Assembly: GCA_025340205.1 (NCBI GenBank)
Contig: CP006868.1
Span: 1,320,001 to 1,352,000 of the forward strand
DNA length: 32,000 nucleotides
Direction: 5' to 3'
DNA from: Ignicoccus pacificus DSM 13166
GTDB taxonomy: Archaea; Thermoproteota; Thermoprotei_A; Sulfolobales; Ignicoccaceae
Shown: piece by piece, positions 27,115 through 32,000 of the stretch
Numbering within the stretch: position 1 is the stretch's first letter
Layout of the letters: every line of letters starts with the position of its first letter
The notes under the pieces: model-generated
What the model was told of the DNA's origin: nothing
The model's database searches: none
The model's input: the letters and a program-made list of their open reading frames with translations, nothing else
Position numbers and translations under genes: made by a program

Positions 27115-28272
27115 ATGAGGGCTCTACTTCCCTTCCTCTTGCTGACGCTAGCTGTCTTCGCGTTGAACTTGAAGCCAACGGCCGATTGCTTAACTGTAGC
27201 CAAGGTTCATCCCGAGGCTGTACTGCTATACCAAGCCCTAAGCGGTTCCCAACCAAACACGGCTCTCCTAGCTATCCTAGACAGCGCGCCAGACAAGCTG
27301 ATCGCAACCCTAAGCTTGAAGCTACTAGGTTACAAGGTAAATCCGAACATGCTCGACGTAGTTACCTTTAACCCTTGCGGCAAGGCAGAGAAGGCGTTCG
27401 TGTACTTCGCCTTAGGCTTGCCGGGATGGAAGGAATTGGCAAAGGAGGTAAGTTCCTTATCGGTATTCCGAATTGAGAACTACGGGCTCGCTTGCGCTTG
27501 CAAGGCCGCCTTCTTCCTAAAGCTGATTGGCTATAAGCCGAGCTGGGTAGGACTTCTCCTCAACTTGAAGCCCAGCGACGTCACTACGGTTGAAGGTCTC
27601 ATCTGGTGCTCTGCGTTACAGAAGGAGTATGGAATAGACACACTCTATGAGACCTTGTTGAAGTACTTGAGTCCTGATGGATGTATCAAGAACGAAATAG
27701 GATTAAAGGACTATGACTTAACCGCTCAGTTCCTAATAGCTTACTCCTTGTTACAATACTGGAACGCTCCGAAGATAACGGCCACTCCAACGACTGCTCA
27801 AGGAGTGACGCTGAAAACGATAACGATCACGGCTACCACACTAAAGACATTGACCAAAACAGTATACGAGACGATAAAGAAGACCGTTGTGGTTACGGTA
27901 AGCGGCTGCATACCCTTGAGTCTAGCGGAGACGAGGGTCTTGTGGGAGTCGACAGAGACCGTGAGAACGGTGGACCTTAGGAACGTACCTTATGCAGTCT
28001 ACCAGATCGACGCATCTAAAGGAGACAGAATAGTAGTCGACTGCAATGGGGGTTGCGGATCTGTAATCGTAGGAGAGAACGTGACCTTGTATCCTCAAGT
28101 GGTGGGAGGGAGCACCACCTACGCCCCCCAAGGGGGAAGCTGGAACTCCGCCCCTTGCGGAAGCCAGCTCGTGTGGAACGCCAAGGGACCAGTAACGGTC
28201 TACGCTCTAGGAAATTGTCCGATTACCTTAACCATAGTTCATTCTGTACCGGAAGTCTACGTATGCAAGTAA
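27115..28272 (+). CDS. Secreted Cys- and Thr-rich protein
   Basis: 385 aa. Signal peptide MRALLPFLLLTLAVFALNLKPTADC, helical Cys-containing domain, Thr-rich stalk (TLKTITITATTLKTLTKTVYETIKKTVVVTV), C-terminal Cys-containing domain. Confidence 0.75.
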   Translation: MRALLPFLLLTLAVFALNLKPTADCLTVAKVHPEAVLLYQALSGSQPNTALLAILDSAPDKLIATLSLKLLGYKVNPNMLDVVTFNPCGKAEKAFVYFALGLPGWKELAKEVSSLSVFRIENYGLACACKAAFFLKLIGYKPSWVGLLLNLKPSDVTTVEGLIWCSALQKEYGIDTLYETLLKYLSPDGCIKNEIGLKDYDLTAQFLIAYSLLQYWNAPKITATPTTAQGVTLKTITITATTLKTLTKTVYETIKKTVVVTVSGCIPLSLAETRVLWESTETVRTVDLRNVPYAVYQIDASKGDRIVVDCNGGCGSVIVGENVTLYPQVVGGSTTYAPQGGSWNSAPCGSQLVWNAKGPVTVYALGNCPITLTIVHSVPEVYVCK

Positions 28273-28285
28273 CTTACTAGAAACC

Positions 28286-28296
28286 TTTTTATATTA
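28286..28296 (+). promoter_or_regulatory. TATA-box-like element upstream of vapBC
   Basis: ctagaaaccTTTTTATATTActtt, about 30 nt upstream of the antitoxin ORF. Confidence 0.5.
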
Positions 28297-28303
28297 CTTT
28301 ACA

Positions 28304-28323
28304 GGAGTCTATACTAGGACTCC
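28304..28323. promoter_or_regulatory. Operator-like inverted repeat
   Basis: GGAGTC-TATACTAG-GACTCC between the TATA-like box and the antitoxin start. Confidence 0.4.
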
Positions 28324-28325
28324 CC

Positions 28326-28562
28326 TTGGAAGAAGTGGTAAAGGTTACCAGAAACTATCAGATAACGATACCTGCGACTATCAGAAAAAACCTAAACATA
28401 AAGGAAGGAGACTACGTCAAAGTAGTTTACGACGAAAAGGAAGGGGTCATCAAGATATATCCTATAAAGAGGAAAAGAAGAACTATAAAGTTAGGGAAGA
28501 GGGTCTCCCCCGAGAACATTGAAACCTTAATAGAGGAGATGCTAAATGAGGGTGCTCCTTGA
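28326..28562 (+). CDS. vapB: AbrB/SpoVT-type antitoxin (VapB family)
   Basis: VVKVTRNYQITIPATIRKNLNIKEGDYVKVVYDEKEG; start TTG 28326 or a nearby GTG. Confidence 0.85.
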   Translation: MEEVVKVTRNYQITIPATIRKNLNIKEGDYVKVVYDEKEGVIKIYPIKRKRRTIKLGKRVSPENIETLIEEMLNEGAP

Positions 28563-28944
28563 CACGAACGTCCTAATTTATGACAGCGTTGAAGATTCTC
28601 CCTTCCATGAAGAAGCCTCCAGAATTGTAGATGAAAACGAAATAGCGCTTTCAGACTTGATAATCCATGAGTTCATCTGGGTCATGTTGAAGCTCGGGGC
28701 ACCTCCTTTGTTTATTAGAGAAAAATTGAAAGAATACCTCCAAGAGTTAAACACCTTACTTATCCATGGAAGCTTAAGCGTTTACTCTAAAGCGTTGAAA
28801 TACTTGGAAACGGAAGGCATAAGTTATAAGAGAGTTAACGACTTGATAATAGTATTCACAGCGAAGGAGTACGACTTGAAACTAGCGACCTTCGATAAGA
28901 GGCTGGCCTCATTGGCGAGGAGAATGGGGATAGAAGTATTGTAA
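28546..28944 (+). CDS. vapC: PIN-domain toxin (VapC family)
   Basis: MRVLLDTNVLIYDS... and ATFDKRLASLARRMGIEVL; overlaps vapB by 17 nt. Confidence 0.9.
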   Translation: MRVLLDTNVLIYDSVEDSPFHEEASRIVDENEIALSDLIIHEFIWVMLKLGAPPLFIREKLKEYLQELNTLLIHGSLSVYSKALKYLETEGISYKRVNDLIIVFTAKEYDLKLATFDKRLASLARRMGIEVL

Positions 28945-29006
28945 AGCTCAGCCACGGGCTGTGTCCTTCACCGCTCAGGGGAGGTTCGTGCTCCTCATCG
29001 CTAAAA
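28943..29006 (-). ncRNA. Candidate C/D box sRNA
   Basis: Minus strand GCGATGA (29001-28995) GGAGCACGAACCTCCC CTGA (28978-28975) GCG GTGAAGG (28971-28965) ACACAGCCCGTGG CTGA (28951-28948). Nearly fills the gap between vapC and rpl35ae. Confidence 0.65.
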
Positions 29007-29010
29007 ACGA

Positions 29011-29259
29011 TTACTCCAGCTTGGCCACCTTTCCTAGAGCTTGACCGGGGAGGTTGGGCTTGAAGACCGCTATAGCTGCTCCTCCCTTCCCGTGAGGCCT
29101 TAGCACCTTACCTATGTACTTGTTACCCTTCTCATCTTCGTAAACTAGCCTCTTGCCCACGGCCTTGCAAGCCTCCTCGTAGCTGGGGAACCTCACTATC
29201 ACTTGATGAGGGTTCTGGTCGTTGGATCCCCTTCGGTAAGACGCGATCACTACCTCCAT
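29011..29259 (-). CDS. rpl35ae: Ribosomal protein eL33 (L35Ae)
   Basis: 82 aa. IASYRRGSNDQNPHQVIVRF..., GKRLVYEDEKGNKYIGKVLRPHGKGGAAIAVFKPNLPGQALG. Confidence 0.93.
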   Translation of the reverse strand: MEVVIASYRRGSNDQNPHQVIVRFPSYEEACKAVGKRLVYEDEKGNKYIGKVLRPHGKGGAAIAVFKPNLPGQALGKVAKLE

Positions 29260-29401
29260 GGTTCTTTCCCCCTCGTGGGGGCTCTGAGAGATTAATTAAG
29301 CTCTGTGAAGCTCGAGACCTTGAGCTTCCTTGCGGAGATTCCCACATCCGTTTAGAATTCTAATTACAGCGCTTTCGAAAGTATATTGTCTTTAGAGTTA
29401 T

Positions 29402-29962
29402 CTACATTCCTAGGAGTTTTATCCCTTCCCTTATCATCTCCAAACTCTTTCCCTTAATGTTAGGAAGAACATACCTCTCCAAGTACTCCTTAGCAGCTTC
29501 GAGTAAGAGCTTAATGTCCTCCCTAGCTTCCTCCTCATCCCTTGGAGCGAAGTATATTCCATCCGGATCCGGTCCGTTGTACTGGTAGGAGTGAAGCTTG
29601 ATAGCGGTATTCGTCCACGGAGATACGTTCCTTATTCCCATTTCTTCCAGAGCTTGAGCCAATCTAGCCATTCTGCTTGTAGGAACTAACACGGCCTTCT
29701 CCCTTATCCACTTCCTCTCCCTTTCATCCTTCGCCCTCTTCAGCAGCTCATCCAAGTTCAAGCAGATCAAGCATGAAAGCAAATCCTTCCAAGCTTGGAA
29801 GGCCTTGCCAGCTGCGTTCCTTGTGTCTCCCTCTTCGAGTAACTCTTTTGTTTTTATCATTTCGCAAACGACATCTATTGCCTTCCTCTCCAAGAACTCT
29901 TGATCGTTTGGGTACTTGCTTTCTTCATTAGCTTTCCTTTGGAGTTCTTCGAGGAGAGACAA
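29402..29962 (-). CDS. PaREP1/HEPN-like protein
   Basis: 186 aa. ELLEEGDTRNAAGKAFQAWKDLLSCLICLNLDELLKR resembles the PaREP1 helical repeat/HEPN core. Confidence 0.65.
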   Translation of the reverse strand: MSLLEELQRKANEESKYPNDQEFLERKAIDVVCEMIKTKELLEEGDTRNAAGKAFQAWKDLLSCLICLNLDELLKRAKDERERKWIREKAVLVPTSRMARLAQALEEMGIRNVSPWTNTAIKLHSYQYNGPDPDGIYFAPRDEEEAREDIKLLLEAAKEYLERYVLPNIKGKSLEMIREGIKLLGM

Positions 29963-30183
29963 AGGGGGACCCTCGGTTGAGAACTGATTGTTAGTCTAAA
30001 AAGTATAGAAGTTTCGAGTGATCTTTTTCATTTTCATTTCCCTCTACCGTTCCTATATAGTTATTCATGAAAGACACGTTGGCACCGTTAATTAAGGATA
30101 GACATGCTAAGCTCGGCAAAATGCTAGCTAAGGCTTTCCCTATAGTTTAATCTGTATTTTCACCACGATATAGTGAGAACGAT

Positions 30184-30986
30184 ATGGAAGAGAGAGTGGG
30201 TCTGACTGCGCGAAGGGGGAGTGGAAGCTGATCTGCAGGAGGAGAAAGGTAGGAAAGACGTTCATGTTAAAAGCACTTAAACATTGACTTCTTTGTAACG
30301 ATAACTGAGGACCCTAGCGCCCTTGAATAATTGAACTGGATAAGGCAATGAACGAGGCTATTGAAAGGCTGAAGAAAGGGGAAGCTGTGGTCGTAGATGA
30401 GTTCCAAAGGCTCTCTAGGAAATACTGGCAGCTCCTAGCCTCTCCCCACCCTGAGGGGGCCCTCTACTTGAGTGACTCCTCAATGAAGGTGATCAAGGAA
30501 GCATTCGATAGAAGGAGTCCTCTCTTAGGGTTAGCGATGCCCTTAGAGGTACCCATAATTCGCTTCGCAGACGCTCTAGTAAGCTTGCAGGACTTGAAGG
30601 ATCTGGAAGCTCTGGAGCGTCGATCTAAGGGATCCTTGGATAGTTCCTCACGTAAACCTTAACGGGAAGCCGGGGGAGATAGCCAAGAGGGGTCCCTTGC
30701 TCCTCCAAGCCTCAGAGGGACTGATAGGAGAAGGAGCTGACAAAGCTCTACTCTTTCATATTGAGGTCTCTGAGCGTCATGTGGAGGGCAAAGGACATAG
30801 GAGTGCTTGCGTTCGCTAAGGGCTCGTTAGCTCGATAACTTCTGTGACGAGTGCCTTGGAAACTCTCAGCAAGATGGAATTGGTTGCGAAGGAGAGGTAA
30901 AGGGGTTGACTGGATGATAGATGATAAGGAACTATTGAAGGTGGCTCGAGAGGCTGTGAGGAAAACTCTGACAAATGCTGTAACGT
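30184..30986 (+). pseudogene. Disrupted archaeal P-loop ATPase (GRRRVGKT / VVVDEFQRL family)
   Basis: Fragments in successive frames. Frame A 30207-30287: CAKGEWKLICRRRKVGKTFMLKALKH*. Frame B to 30662: IIELDKAMNEAIERLKKGEAVVVDEFQRLSRKYWQLLASPHPEGALYLSDSSMKVIKEAFDRRSPLLGLAMP. Shifted frame from about 30610: WSVDLRDPWIVPHVNLNGKPGEIAKRGPLLLQASEGLIGEG. Later frame: ITSVTSALETLSKMELVAKER*. All fit one ATPase plus wHTH order. Confidence 0.8.
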
Positions 30987-31178
30987 AAAACTCAAGCGGA
31001 GATCATGCTAAAGTTAAACTTCTCTTATAAGTTAATAATAATAATGAATTCGGCTAATGATAATGACAAAATATTATATCATGTAGTTGTTTGAATGAAT
31101 ATAATGGATAGTGGGCATCTCAAGAGGTAGAGTCGGCTTATCTTCACTCTATCAACCCCTCCTCCTTCTGAGATAACG

Positions 31179-32000
31179 GTGACCCCTTTGGTGAATTCCT
31201 TGAGAGGAGTCGCTTGCTACGATCAAGTGGGCTCAAAGGTTCCTTGCGCGTCCTTCGAGGCCTCGCTCGAGGAAGGGATAAACGTAATCCATTCCCCCAA
31301 CGGCTCTGGAAAGAGCACCTTCCTCACCTTGCTTCATCCCTTAGCTTACGCTTGGAGCGCTTTGGGAAGCTATGCAGAGCCCTTGCTAAGGCTCAGCTTC
31401 GTGAGCTACCTTTCCCTAAAATGGCCGCTACCGGCGGTAGGCTACGTGGAACTGGACGAGGGAAGGCTCCTCTGGTATAGGAAAGAATCCCTTGCCGAGT
31501 CCCTTTCCTCCACCTTCGGCTTTGAGGACTTGCTCGAACAAGCGAAGGGTTGTCAAGGAGCGCTGGAGCTGGAGGGAGGGGACTACAGCTTCAGCGGCCT
31601 CCCCAACACGGAGTTCCGATTCGCTTACTTGGGAATGGGAAGGGCTTGCGGAACGGCCTCCCACGAGAAGTTGGTCCTATCCTCCGACATAACGCTCACA
31701 GAGAAGTACTCCGCTTACCACTCACCTCATCTAGCCCTCGTCCTAAACCTCCTCAAGGCCACCTTCATAGAGCTCGTGAGGTACAAGGCATATACAGATG
31801 AAGCGTTAGAGGAATTGAAGGTCGTGATACCTAACTTGGTAGACGTGAGGTTAAGCGAGGGGATCTACAAGGTTGCCTTCGTGGTAAAGGAAGGAGGAGA
31901 GGAGGTGGAGCTGGAGCCTTGGAGCCTTGGAGACGGCCAAAGGTCCTTGCTCGCCCTAAAAGCCTTGAGGAGCATGTTCGGCGATAAGAGAGGCCTATTC
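31179..32000 (+). CDS. SMC/RecF/ABC-like P-loop ATPase, N-terminal part (truncated by window end)
   Basis: GTG start at 31179. INVIHSPNGSGKSTFLTLLHPLAYAW (Walker A); WSLGDGQRSLLALKALRSMF (possible signature-like segment). Absent from the track because it is truncated; track ORFs at 31214, 31428, 31492 and 31550 are out-of-frame shadows. Confidence 0.75.
   Translation, partial: MTPLVNSLRGVACYDQVGSKVPCASFEASLEEGINVIHSPNGSGKSTFLTLLHPLAYAWSALGSYAEPLLRLSFVSYLSLKWPLPAVGYVELDEGRLLWYRKESLAESLSSTFGFEDLLEQAKGCQGALELEGGDYSFSGLPNTEFRFAYLGMGRACGTASHEKLVLSSDITLTEKYSAYHSPHLALVLNLLKATFIELVRYKAYTDEALEELKVVIPNLVDVRLSEGIYKVAFVVKEGGEEVELEPWSLGDGQRSLLALKALRSMFGDKRGLF

Noticed and set aside
26849-27256. Minus-strand ORF 26849..27256
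   Set aside because: Antisense to the micro-ORF chain and the signal-peptide start of 27115; shadow composition.
31214-31801. Track ORFs 31214, 31428, 31492 and 31550
   Set aside because: All overlap the Walker-A-containing frame beginning at 31179 and lack motifs.
1-32000. tRNA/rRNA genes and CRISPR arrays
   Set aside because: No T-loop-like GGTTCRAATCC with matching acceptor stems, no rRNA-like stretches and no regularly spaced repeats were noticed by eye; a tRNAscan-SE/Infernal/CRISPR-finder run would be decisive.

Overview
Gene-dense, GC-rich archaeal chromosome segment. It looks crenarchaeal (Desulfurococcales/Ignicoccus-like), inferred from cdvABC, archaeal-type LysRS, Top6B, AGOG and L35Ae. 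Supported content, left to right: class I lysyl-tRNA synthetase (truncated), a propeller-like hypothetical, a KaiC-like ATPase, a thioredoxin-fold protein, a DHPS-related protein, rhomboid protease, two small hypotheticals, a G16 tract, and a Thr-rich membrane-anchored protein. Then come an AGOG-type glycosylase, cmr3 and cas10/cmr2, hypF, a sulfotransferase, panB, a metallophosphoesterase, a ThiI/THUMP-like protein, an HTH protein, protein disulfide oxidoreductase, a ferredoxin-HIT fusion, a PD-(D/E)xK-like ORF, a short ORF followed by cdvA-cdvB-cdvC, and top6B. The right end has a chain of overlapping micro-ORFs leading into a secreted Thr-rich protein, vapBC, rpl35ae, a PaREP1/HEPN-like protein, a multiply disrupted archaeal ATPase, and the start of an SMC/ABC-like ATPase running off the window. 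Main second-look items: (1) a cas10-cmr3 pair with an AGDE-type palm motif, no other Cmr genes nearby, and an AGOG gene 6 nt downstream; (2) two candidate C/D box sRNAs not in any annotation track; (3) the ferredoxin-HIT fusion; (4) the ATGA-linked micro-ORF chain; (5) the G16 tract; (6) the ATPase pseudogene; (7) an uncharacterised 96-aa ORF immediately upstream of cdvA. No tRNA, rRNA or CRISPR array was seen. All family assignments are from memory of motifs; no searches were run.
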